Positions 13,901 to 26,000 of a stretch of 64,000 nt of DNA are shown here, in pieces (within the stretch, counting starts at the first letter, position 1; every line of letters starts with the position of its first letter). Under the pieces are notes generated by a model. The model had not been told where the DNA came from and did not search any database. It was given only the letters and a program-made list of their open reading frames with translations. The position numbers and the translations under genes were made by a program. Where the stretch lies: positions 8,636,345 through 8,700,344 of the forward strand of contig NC_037595.1 of NCBI RefSeq assembly GCF_003073045.1, given 5' to 3'. The stretch comes from Pomacea canaliculata (Eukaryota).

Positions 13901-16529
13901 CATCAAATAAACTCAGAAAAACCATCTTAAACACAGCCTCTTTGTCCTATTCCCCCAGACCTATTGACTAACATACTGAATAAAAAATTCCAGAGCAGAC
14001 ATCAACCATTTCATCCTGTTGCCCCTGCAATTTAACCCCTACAGGTTTTATTTTTTGCTGCAGCTAAAGTGAAGGCAATAAACACACTCAGCAGTTCGCC
14101 ATACTGGTTAAACCAGATTTTGAAAGTTGCCATCACTGGCTGGCAAGTTTAAACAAGAACAAAGCAACAGAATGACAGAAAATGAGGGGCCACATTTGTT
14201 ATCACTAACCTCATATCCACCAACCTGACTGCATCAGCAAAAAGAATAACTTACACAATGAATAGAAAGTCTGCTTATCAAAGTATACTAGATGTCTTTT
14301 TGAGGCTAGTTAAAACTTTTTTGGTACATGTTCCTAACAAAAGTATGTTTGCAAAAAAAACCAAAACAAAACAACAACTATGTTACACCTTTAAACAAAC
14401 ACACATTTTTTTAAGATAAAACATTTCATTTGCATCTTAAATACAAAGTAAACAGAAATAAATATTTTAGTTTAGTACTAGTTACTGGTAAAAACCTTCA
14501 TGAAGAGGATTAAGCTTCACAAACTGTATAACAATAACTGCAATTCTTATTAAAGACAACACCTACCAAGTGGTGTGTAAGAGGTTGGTCGAAAACCTGG
14601 GAGAACAATGCAGTTAAACCTTTTCAGACTTGTTCTCTTAAGGATGGCTAGTCCAGGTAATGGTGGGGAAAAAAATCTACAACAATGACAGGTCTCAAAT
14701 GAGCAAACAGAGGGGACAGACATTTTTGCCAAACTTAACACAGACAAGATTGGGAAGGACAGGTATCTGGGTTACCCATCAGGAGTAGGGGGTGCAACCT
14801 TCACAAATTTGACAAGTCCTATTCAAACAGCTGCTGGTGAAACAGGCATGACCCCTCTCTTACCTGAGGGACTGCTGTTCTTGTTATCCTGTGTGCACTC
14901 ATGTGTGTGTGTACACGCACATGCATGCAGTTATGCACACATTTGGTATTGATGTGATCACGTCAGTTCACTTTATAACCTCTTGTAATTGTTCGAATGT
15001 AAATCAGAGATACCTGCAACTTGTGTAGAGTTATTGCAGGCACATGTTTAAAAAACTCTTTTAACAAGTCGGATGCTCTTTGCCAACACAATCATGACTG
15101 TTACAACTCTAGCAATTAAGTGATATGAAATTGCACTGATGATGCAGAACTCATGAATGGACTTAAATACAGAAGCTCACAAGTGCAAATATGTCATGTG
15201 ATCTTGAGAAAGAGAAGAGAAATAAGAAGCAGATATAAACTAATGAAATGGATCAAAGCACATTAAAAAAAACACTACAAACTGTCAAAAATTTCATAGT
15301 AATAAACAGTTCTACACCAACTTAATAAAAGAAGCTAACTGGAAAATGAAAAACACTACAGACATTCACATTAGGCCTTGATTTTTTTTTCACAAAGGCT
15401 GCTTGCCTGAACACATCATTCAGATCACAATTGAGAATGTGATATGCCTCTTCATCAATCCCAACGCACTGCAGCACCAGGCAAAACCTGAATAGCAACT
15501 TTGGAGAGTATCCCTTGCATGGAGTGAAGTATACAATTCTTAAAATGCCCCAGAAAGTCTCTCTTAAAAAGCTTTTTTGGCAAGTAAAGCCCTAGACAAC
15601 ATTGCAAAGTCATATGCACAAAGTTCTAATACCACCACACATCCTGTCCTTTCTTAATTAGTTCAGCACACATTAAGACATGCTATCGTAGGTCAGCTAA
15701 TAAATAAAACAATATTTTCCAAGTTTGCTTTATTACTGTATGACTTGCTGAGCTTCTCAATGCTGCAGGTTATCCATTTGGTGTATCTGTGCTGCTGTAA
15801 TTTTTTTTAAACCACTTTTATGCTTTATTTTATCAAAATAGGAACAAATCATATAAAAATACTTGTTACACTTAAAATGTAAATGAAGTACATTCACTCA
15901 ACCTGATGTCATTCTTTTTATTTTTTAAAGTTAGTTTTTCTTCTTAGCCATTACCTTTAATATTCTAAGCAAAATCAGCTTTTGATTGTGATGATCATGG
16001 CAGAGAAAGTAATGATCTACATGTTAAAGATCTAAATGTTTAAACCAGTGTCCTCTCACTAATTTATCAGTTTGCCAACCAATTTTCAACGGAATTTTTA
16101 AATTGATGCTTCAACAGATGATTTAATTAAGTATTAACTCAATAATGATATGAAGTAAAATATTCAAGGTATGTAGAGAATTTTTTTGTCTTTTCAATGC
16201 AGTTTTTACATTTTGAACAGTCGAGTAGAAATTTTACAAAAGATCTGCGTCCAGCTGTTTGTCTACAGCAATTGCTTAACTCTTGCTGAAACTGGCATTT
16301 CACTTCACCAGGGTTGAGTTGACATTTATGTATGAAAGTCAATAAATTCTCCAAGTCCACCATCCATATTTTGATATCAACTTGATTATATGATCTCAAC
16401 CAGATCGAACAGACCACACATCTGCCTAAACAGGCAACTTAATCAATGCTCGCAGTTTAATCAACAGACAGACAGTGATAAAAGAAGTAAATAGCTTATT
16501 TTATAAAAGATATTCTTGAAATAATAATA

Positions 16530-16680
16530 AATGCAAAATTTGTAAAGCGCATACTCACACTTCAAAGGAGCATGCTCTTATGCCTAAGAACAAGAACAAG
16601 AACAAGATATAGACAGAATACAAGCGACAGGAAAACAAATGAATAACACATGAACTAAGAAAGAATAGGAGAATGGTGTA
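16530..16680 (+). repeat. Copy B of the same ~150 bp dispersed repeat, in the MYO6 5' intron or intergenic region.
   Basis: aataataaatgcaaaatttgtaaagcgcatactcacacttcaaaggagcatgctcttatgcctaagaa...gacaggaaaacaaatgaataacacatgaa. Confidence 0.6.
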
Positions 16681-17399
16681 GATAAACGATCTTGAGCTTT
16701 ATATTTTTCCACTCTTATCAGTAAATCTGTGTATGTGTGTGTGTGCGCGGATGTTTGATGAGTTGTGTATGAAATTTATAATACACAGTATGCATTTTTC
16801 TTCCTGGCATATAACTATCATCAATGACAGTAGACTCACAACAGCTGTCCCAGTGGTAAGTGATTGACCCCACTGGTGACCGCTTTGCATTTATAATCGG
16901 CATATATCTAGTGTACTAATTACAAGAACATTTGTATTTACTTCACCAAAGCTACCATGTTTTATAATCTATGCAACACTTCTTGGAATAAATCAAGTGG
17001 TTGCTGCTCTTGTTAAGGCTATATGTAATGAATACAACCATCCTAGCTAGTTGGAGATGCCAGACAATATAAGCATTGTTTAGAGACAGCTCTTTTCAAG
17101 TGGATTAAGATTTAAGCTGCTTGATAAGTTATGGACACTGCTTTTTATAAGAATGATTCCTGATACCTAAAACTTCAGATGAAGTTTACCAAAAAAAATG
17201 TTATGAAATTTATGCATTGCTCAAAAGATTGAGTTATAAAACTGATTAACCTGCATGTTTATTTCATAAATCTTTGTGCTTATGATTAGTACACTTGTCT
17301 CACAGTAGAAATGACTCGATAATATTTACATCAATGTCTGCATGCTTTTATTTTTCACAGAGGTTTGCAACGTTACACATGGAATGTTCTCTGGAACCA

Positions 17400-18100
17400 A
17401 AATTTTTGAATAATCTTTGAATAAAATGTCTGCTTTCCCGAAACCCTTCAAAATTCGTCTCTAACAGTCGAAGCATACTTGTCCTTGGTTCGATCATGAC
17501 CGTACACTGATTACGAACAGACTCGAAGGTTGCTCTAAATTAGCCGCGATGCTAATCATCTAGCTATGATACTGTAGTATCTGCCCTAGTAACGACACTT
17601 TTCAGCTCTTTGCAGCTCGGGTATGAAACCAGTATCGTATAAAGAAATTTTGTTGTATTTAACGAAACACGCAATGCTTTATCTTAACATAAAGACCACA
17701 CCCCTTTTTATCGCAAAAGCCTGTATTTCCGTGAAAGCGTGATTGGCAACCTGCTCGGAATTCAGGTATCTTAATACTGTTTGCAGGTACGAGCTGCACC
17801 TTTTCAGCAGGTAGGTCGAGGTCTTCACAAGTAAAACAAACGATTGAAAAGAAAGCAATATATTTAAATTTATGTTAAAAAAGGAAGAATTAGACTGAAG
17901 AATAATATCAATCTTACCTGCAGTTACTGTGACTGACTCCCCGTTACTTCCCAACCCGCAGATTCAGGTGATTTGCACCTGTGCGACGGCCGGCGACACC
18001 ACGTCCGGCTTGGGTGTTACGCCTGTGATTACTCCGCACATGCGAAGAAATAGTGCCTCTGTTAACCTTTCGCAGGTGAACGATTGTTTAAAATAAACAA
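17400..18100. promoter_or_regulatory. CpG-rich island in an otherwise CpG-depleted region. It is a candidate divergent promoter and 5' non-coding exons for MYO6 (minus) and PARP4 (plus).
   Basis: CG dinucleotides are locally dense, e.g. gtgcgacggccggcgacaccacgtccggc at about 17.98 kb, set against a very low CpG background. A minus-strand splice donor is visible (plus cttacctg at 17917-17924, i.e. CAG|GTAAG on the minus strand). A plus-strand donor candidate is cgcag|gtgaac at about 18073. Both coding-start exons (MYO6 10919, PARP4 20077) are preceded by acceptors, so upstream non-coding exons are expected. No transcript evidence is available. Confidence 0.3.
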
Positions 18101-20076
18101 CTGAGGTGCACAGATAAAAAAACTTTGATAATCAATACTGGGTTTTATTACCCCTGAGTTAAGTGAACTAAGAAAAAAACTAGTTTCATAAAAAGTGTAT
18201 GATGTCATTCGCGGTCTGTTTTTTTTTTTTTTAAACAGGGGAGACCACTAATGCGCTTTAAAGCAGACGACCACACCCATCCTTTTGTATATCAAAATTA
18301 AGTTACTTTTGAGTGAATAAATAATTGTGGGTATTGTTTTACGCATAGTTTTGAATCGGAAAATTATATTATTTTATAATTATAGTTTTGACACTATTTG
18401 TTTCTAAACAAATTTTTAACGAGGAAGATGAAGTGCACAGGCGCACGGACCCATTGGACCCCGGAGCAGGAAGGGAAGCTACTCTCAATGCTTTCTAATC
18501 CAAACATTGCGACACCTTCTGACCATTCTGACGGTAAGCGTCGTACTTTAGTCAAGGATGTAGACAAGAATATGGGAAAAATAGTATTAAAACAAATAGA
18601 GTAAAGCAACTATAAAGCACTTTTTACAAATCTCTTTTTAATTATATTTCTTCTGTTAATTTCTACTGTGTTGGTCACTTCCTACTATGACAGTCTACAA
18701 AGCGAACCACGATAATATGTATATGTGCGTTAGAAATAGGATATGTTTGCATAAAAGGAAGTAGATGCGAGTGGCCAGAGTTAAATTTGTCTCTTGTTTC
18801 CTGTTATACAGCTTTAGAAGTTTCACAGCTCAATAAATGCGACTAGTTAACATGCAATAGTTCTTCCAGGAATGATCCTTTCCTATAGCTGGTATCTGTG
18901 TTGTATTTTTCTTTTAATTGGCATTTGTGTTTGAAATCGTGACATGAAAGTGTTTTAAACAATATAAAATGGAAATAAATTTACAGTAACGTTCCTAAAT
19001 TGTACTTTTGTTAAGTAATTCCTGTAAGTATTGTAATTTTAGCTTTGTTTTTTCTTTGGCGGATGTAAATTTGAACGATCGTCACCGAAGTTGGAGTAGA
19101 TAGTTGCTTTGATTATTGCTCAGCCATGGCCTATGTTAGGGTTGTAACACTGGCCTGGAGCATAGTTGTTTTTCATTATATTTTCTCCATATTATTATTA
19201 TGATACTAGGTACAAAAAATATGCATAAGAAATTGTAAAAGATGCATCGCTAAACAAACACAGACAGTAATATGTAATTTAAGATGGAACTGTTCACTTT
19301 CCTGACATTATGTGCGAACGAGTTTTATTCATAGAAGAAATAGATCAAAAGCTATCAATAACATTACAGCTGAAAAGATGGCAGAAATCAATTAAGTGAC
19401 GCTGGATTCCCCAACTAGCACAGAATAATTTCCATAAATCATTCTACAATTTAATGACTTGTTAATTGGGATTCAATGCTTTAACATTTTTAATCAAAAC
19501 CAGCGTCATTTACAGAACTGAAAAACAGGGTTTACAAAATTTGTTTATTTTTTTTAGCACAGAGAGATTGTTGATTCTTGCGTATCAGTGTTAAACTTAC
19601 TATCATTACAGATAATGTGATCTTCAAGAGAAAAACTAAGAGAAAAAGTATGGGAGAATGAGGCTCTGCCTAACTGGCATGACAGCTTTTGTGTTCCACA
19701 ATTGTTTCTTCCTATACCTGGTTGTAACTGCAGTTGATATGCAGTTTGTGCCTATCTGGGTTTTTTTTTATTATTATTGAATAAGCTTTAATTTTTGCTA
19801 TGTTTTTGTGGCCGACCTTAGAAATCATAAGGAGCTTTATTCTTCAACTGTATGTTTCTTTGGAGTGTTGCCAGTGTTGGCCATTACTTTTCAGCTTTAA
19901 TGTTACGGTTATTGATTGTTAACTGATTTGATGATTTGATGATCAATAATCATAAGCTAATTATACTTTTATTTCAGTCTGAACCTTATGAAACAAAATA
20001 CAATACCTAAACCTGGATACTTTGGTAAATCCACAAAGATTTCATTTTGCATTTTGCATTTTGAAGAAAAGGCAAT

Positions 20077-23000
20077 ATGTCAGTATTTGACAATTGTCAG
20101 ATAGCTCTGGATCTTGGCATCAATGTGGGCTTCAAGAAGAAAGTGGAACTACGCAAAGCCATCACTGAAAATGGTGGTGTGGTCTCATACATTGTCACCC
20201 AGAAGGTGTAGATATCTTTGTTTTCTGTGTATGATATATTTTTTTGTCATCAAAATTATTTGTAAATTTTAATTTGGAAGATATGTGTAACGAAGGGTTG
20301 TATTTACATATATACAGGGCTTCTGCTAAGGCTAAATTCTTTGGGGTCCCAGGGACCCCTTCTTCAGATTTTTAAGGGGTCCCTGTTCTTCGCCCAAATT
20401 TGAATGGGACCCCATTGACGAAAATTGAAGGGGTCCTCCGAACCGTACTGTACACAATTTTTTTGCGTAAGCAGAAGCCCTGATATAAATATATGTGTAT
20501 TGGGGAAATAGAGAAAGAGATACTTCTTATTTCATACTTTTCTTTCATTGTCTATTAATATAGTCAATCATAAGTAACATAACACTTAACATGTTGCTCT
20601 AAAAGTGAACACATTTTCAGTATGCTGGGCAGTCTGAAAAAATAAAGGGTGCAATCTTTTGCATTCTGCCTGCATAGTATTTTTTTAATCCTTTATGATG
20701 CAATACTTCAGTATCCCTCCTGTTCTCCTGATAATCATCCAAGTTTGATTGATAAACTGAACTCAGATTACAGCTGCCCAAAAATAAGAAAGCTTACACC
20801 TTTTAAAATTTGGCATTGGCACAAGGATCTTATGTGATCTGTTGCTGGCTGTGGTAAATGATAGAGAGGCAGATAGGAGGTTTAGTCAGTTCAAAACAAA
20901 TAATAATCAATACACTAATTGCCTTTAATTACTTGATTAAGTTTATTGCCTTAACACATTTCCTTGAATTGTTAACACTGTCGTTGGGCCTTTCCATTAC
21001 TAGTGTTCCTTTGTGGTGGCAAGTGATCCAGAGAAGTGTGATGTGTCCTCCAAGTGTCGTATGGCCCTCAAATATTGCCTTCCTGTGGTCAGCATGGACT
21101 ACATCTGGGACTCTTTATGTGCTGGGAAAAGATTAGCAATTGATCAGTATGCAATTGCTGGGAAGAGCAAAGGACTGGACTTTCGTTCTGGCAAGATCTC
21201 AGGTTAGGACTCTGGGCACTGATCCTAACAAAGAACTTATGAAATTTGAGGAAAAAGCTTAATCTTTAAGAGCATTCAGAATGTGCTTTCATTACATGAA
21301 TGCAAGTTTATTTTATAAAATTATAATTGAAGAATGTTGTCAAAATGAACAAGGAATAAATAAACAAGTATAACTTTGATGTCAGGGTGTTTTAAAGTTT
21401 AGAGTGTAATTGTCCATGAAATATCTATCCCTGGACTTGTTCTAAATTGGACTTTTGTCATTTGTGGTATAACACCTACTGTATTTTTATAGCACTTAAG
21501 AAACAAGACACTAAAACGATGAGTCGACATACTATCAAGCCACATTTTAATATTCGAAATGTGAAAGTGTGGCAGGCAGGTGATCCAGATGAGCCTCACT
21601 TTGATGAAAACTTTGAAATTGCCAAGTATGCTGTTTTTCAGGTAGGACCATCCATCTGAGCTGATTCTGTTTAAAAAAAAACTAAGTAGAAGAAAAGTAA
21701 AACATTTTTATGTGATGAAGATCAGAGCTATACCTTATATATGGGGAAACACTTATTAAATGAGTTTGACTAAGTATTAGTGGCAACTTAATTGTTTCCT
21801 CCCCTTTACTCCTTTTTAAGTTAATTCACAATTTGCATGTCATTATTTTATCTGGCTGAACTGGATTCAGAGCAAAACTATATATGTGTTAGCAGGATTA
21901 CTGATAGTATTGGTAGTAGGAAGACATGAAAAATAATAATATGGACATATGTAATGAATTTTCCCACTTTGCAGTAGGCACAATGAACTTTGCTAAATAA
22001 AGACACAGAACATATCGGTAAACTGAAATATTTAGATATATCAACAGCCATAAATACATGATAGAAAAAAAGAAACATCCACTCAAGTCCTGACAGATTC
22101 AAGGCATCAAACTTATACCAATAATATCTGCTGGTCAGGTTATGCCACAACATTGCAACATCAAATGTATAGCAGTAATGTCTGCCAGTCAAGGTAGGAA
22201 AGCACAAAAGCCAGACACCTTTTTCCTCACAACAGTTAAAGTGCTCAGTCTTATACTTTTTTAGCTGGTAGAAGCCTTACTTTTATATCACTAAGCATGA
22301 TTATGATAGATTTATGTGATGTTAATATTAGCTCTAACAGGTCTCTTGCTGATCCAACAGGGCCAGAACAAGAAACAGGACCTGACCACATTCTACTCAC
22401 TAGAGATTCACGTTGGAAGCAATGCTGGCAAGAAGGAGAACGGCAATGCTGAGCGGCAGTATAGACTCTATTCACACTTTGGAAACCTTACAGATGCAGT
22501 TGTGGGTGCCAAAAACCCTTTATCTTCCTTCCTTGTAATCCTGATAATTAGAATATTTAGACATAATAATAGGGATAATCATTAAAATAATAAAAGGTTG
22601 CTATTAATTTGTTATCCAGTGTGTAATGTATATTATTTGGTATTGGTTTATTGGTTATACTGGATTCCACAGGCTGGCAATCCCTGCAAGACAGAGATTT
22701 ACCACGTGGCTAACGCTGATCAGGCTCTTGCAGGATTTGCAACCCTTTACAGTGCTCAAATGAAAGACCACAAAATGCAGAAAGTGGAGAGTACAGTGCT
22801 ACGAAACGTGGGATCACGTAAGCTTCAACAGGTAGGAATGACGTGTCTCATTTAGATTAGATTGGAAAAAAAGTCTCTTCATAGTAACATTGTTGCCAGC
22901 TAAACTTGATGAAATAATTTAAAGAAAGACAAAGATAGATATATTTTTTATTTTCTTCCTCCAAAAAGGTCTTTACTTTTGTTTCAGATTCTTACAGAAC

Positions 23001-26000
23001 TGGAGAGTGAAGTAGGAGTAGCCTCTCGTGAAGTACAGAACCTGACAGAGCACATCTGGTTAGAAGCTATTGGAGAAGTGGAGGCTGTCCTTGCATCCAC
23101 AATATCTTCTGTGAAAGTGGAAGAGGCAAAGACTTTCTTTTCATTGCTTTGTGCATGTGTTTACATGTGTGCATGTGTACATATATGTACCTGAATCAGT
23201 GACATGTTCATTATTTTTCAACTAAAATGAAATATTGTATAACGAAACAGTGATTGGTCTATAGGTTGAGAAAGCTGAAGCACTTCTGGTTAAGATACGA
23301 GATGCTCTTGGCAAGGAGGTAGATGGGGATGTCACTTCTCTTGTCAAAGAATTCTACAGCACTCTTCCTCACAAATCTGAAGATGGAGGTAGCATGAAGC
23401 CATCTAGAGCATGGCTGTCAAAGAAACAAGATCTCTGTCAGGTAATCGTAGGGTTCATTTATTAGTGTATTCATATATATATGGGAGTGTATGTGATAGA
23501 GATAGAAAGACTAATGTCTGTGAGTCTGAAATTAAGGGTTAAATCCTAGGTCACTGTTGAAGACATTTGTCAAAGAAGTTCCAATCACAGTATCTCATCA
23601 GTGCTTCTAAAATTTTACTAATCTAATTTTTGTATTTTATATTCTCACTGTAGTAGGTTTAAGATTTTACAGGAGTTGAATAGAAATTCATTTGACCTTA
23701 TGCAAGTGTAAGATTTTCTTCTTTCAAAGTTGATGCTTTCTCATAATCCACCGAAGGTAATTTGGGTTTTGCTTTATTTTTCAGCAAACATATTTTTACA
23801 TGACCCTGTTATGCTTGCCATTCATTACTTGTGCGCATTGTTACTACAAAAAAAAACAATGGAAGCTATACTGTGATATTTTATCACCTTTTCTGTTTCC
23901 TGTATTAGCTAATAAGAGACATGGTGTCTGTGAGTGAAGCCACATCCTGGTCAGCACGCTCCAGTGCTCAGGCCAAGTACCGTGCCCTGCGCTGCAATAT
24001 TTCCTATCTAGAGCCAGGCACACAGGAACATAAGCAGATCATGGAAGATGTTGTTTCTTCTATCAACAAGTAAGGAGAACTTCTGTGCGATTATTTATTC
24101 CCTTTTTGTTCAACACATCACTCCTGTTAATTTTGCATGTTACAGAATCCACAAAAATCACCTTTATCACCTCACTTATGTCAGGCACATTTTTCATGAA
24201 AAGAAGTCTCCAATCATGTCAAACAGAACATACCTAATTCTTGCACATCTATATATATATGTGAGTAAAAAGTGATCCAATCTTACTGTAACCGAGTGTT
24301 GCGTGGTGAGGGGAGTAGAACAGTGACCACAACAGTCCAGCACTCAAACCAGAAAGGCAGGAGCCTGTCAGCAGTTACACAATTCTTTTAATGCCAATAG
24401 ATCTACAGTCACGGCTGCGTCGCTTGTCTCGCGTCTTCTCTTCGTAGTTTTCTCCCCTGTCCTTACGTCTCAGCTCTGCCCTTATATACCTCGCGGGTGT
24501 GTCACTTTTCGCGCTCTTTTGCATCAGCGTACTTTTCGCGCTCTTTTGTATCAGCATACTTTTCGCGCTCTTTCACAATCGTACCTTTACTTACTGGCAT
24601 GCATTAGCATTTTCTGCCTAACAAGCGCTGGACTACCGGCCATCTACATCCCCGCCAACTCTTTCTCTAACAGCGCCCTCGCTGATGAACTTTTGCTAGC
24701 AATACTAGGGCTGATATACAAGCTCGCCTAATATGTTTATGAGGGTGGGGCAGGTATCTTAAATATTTTAAATCAAGAAACATCTGTTGCTGCTGAGGCA
24801 CAATGTGTCTATAAGGGCAGGCATTCCGTCAATCTGTAATTTCTGTCAATGATATTTTGTAGACGCAGCCGTGGCAAAACAAGAAGAAAATAAACAAAAT
24901 ATCAAACTAATCAATGCTTACACCACATCTATGTTATCTACAGTGTCAATGAATAGTGTCACACAACCGTTTTCTCCCCATGTGAGTTTTATGCCTGTCT
25001 AACAGCAAACCGCGGCTGGAATACTGCAGGCACTGTCCCTTCTGGAATCACACTTACTGTCATATCAGGCACCACAGATACTGTCATTTCTGAAACCACA
25101 GGCACTGTCAGTTTTGGTACTGTCATATCTGGCACTGCACACACTGTCACTTCTGGAACCACAGGTACTGTCACTTCTGGCACCACAGGCACTGTCACTT
25201 TTGGTATTAATCTTGTTCTGGCTTGATGGGGTGGAAGAGTACCATACCAGAACGGAGTTTCTTCGTCACTGTCGTAGTCCTGACAATTCTGTGTCTCCGG
25301 CAGTTGAATATCTTCTAACTGCAGAGACGACTTCGCTGCTCTGTTGTCGCTATTGAGGGTCAGTGCAGGGCCGTCAACAAGGGGCCTGACTGTATACACA
25401 GCACTGTCATTAACTGGCCGGCTGGAGATATTACAGGTACTCCGGCCGCTCCGCCCATGGAATCTGTCCCGTTGCAGTTCTGCTTGGCTTTGCCGTCGCT
25501 GTGGTTGTTGCTGTTGTAGTTGCACCACTGGCTTGTTTTGAAACTCTTTCTTTGACATCGGCCGGCGATCACTGCCCCGGCATTTCACTCCTCCGATACC
25601 ACAGACGAACGTGGCTTGAACGCCCTTGTATGACAGTCTGGGTTCAAATTCCACCACTTCACCTTTGCCGAGGCTGCGAAAGCCTGCCTTGTGAATAACT
25701 GAATGGTGGACAAAGACGTCTTGATCGCCATTATCAGGTGTGATGAATCCCCATCCCTTTGCCACGTTGAACCACCTGCAGAAACCTCGCCTTCTGCCCC
25801 CTCCACCATCGCTGTCATCCGAGATGTTGTTAATCGCTGCCGCTTGTACGCCGCGCCGCCCTCCGCCTCGCCTGTAAAAGCTGTTTGTGATAGGGCTGAA
25901 TCTTTGACCATCTCGTTGTCTTGCCTGCTGTCGTCGCAGGTATCTCTGTTTATGCTGACAATCAGCCTCCCGGTGCCCCTCTCGTTCGCACCAATAGCAC

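Noticed and set aside
16139-16417. 92-aa minus-strand ORF containing a CSKCKNC motif.
   Set aside because: It is an isolated, AT-rich ORF with no splice continuity and no domain-level motif beyond chance cysteines.
18398-18604. 68-aa ORF (MFLNKFLTRKMKCTGARTHWTPEQEGKLL...) just downstream of the CpG island.
   Set aside because: It is short, has no splice-compatible continuation and no motif. It lies in an AT-rich region where such ORFs occur by chance, and is more likely part of a non-coding leader or intron.
24375-24557. Identical 60-aa ORFs inside both LTRs (24375-24557 and 26833-27015, minus).
   Set aside because: They arise simply because the LTRs are identical. They span the U3 tandem repeats, have no start-codon context and no motif, and are a duplication artefact rather than genes.
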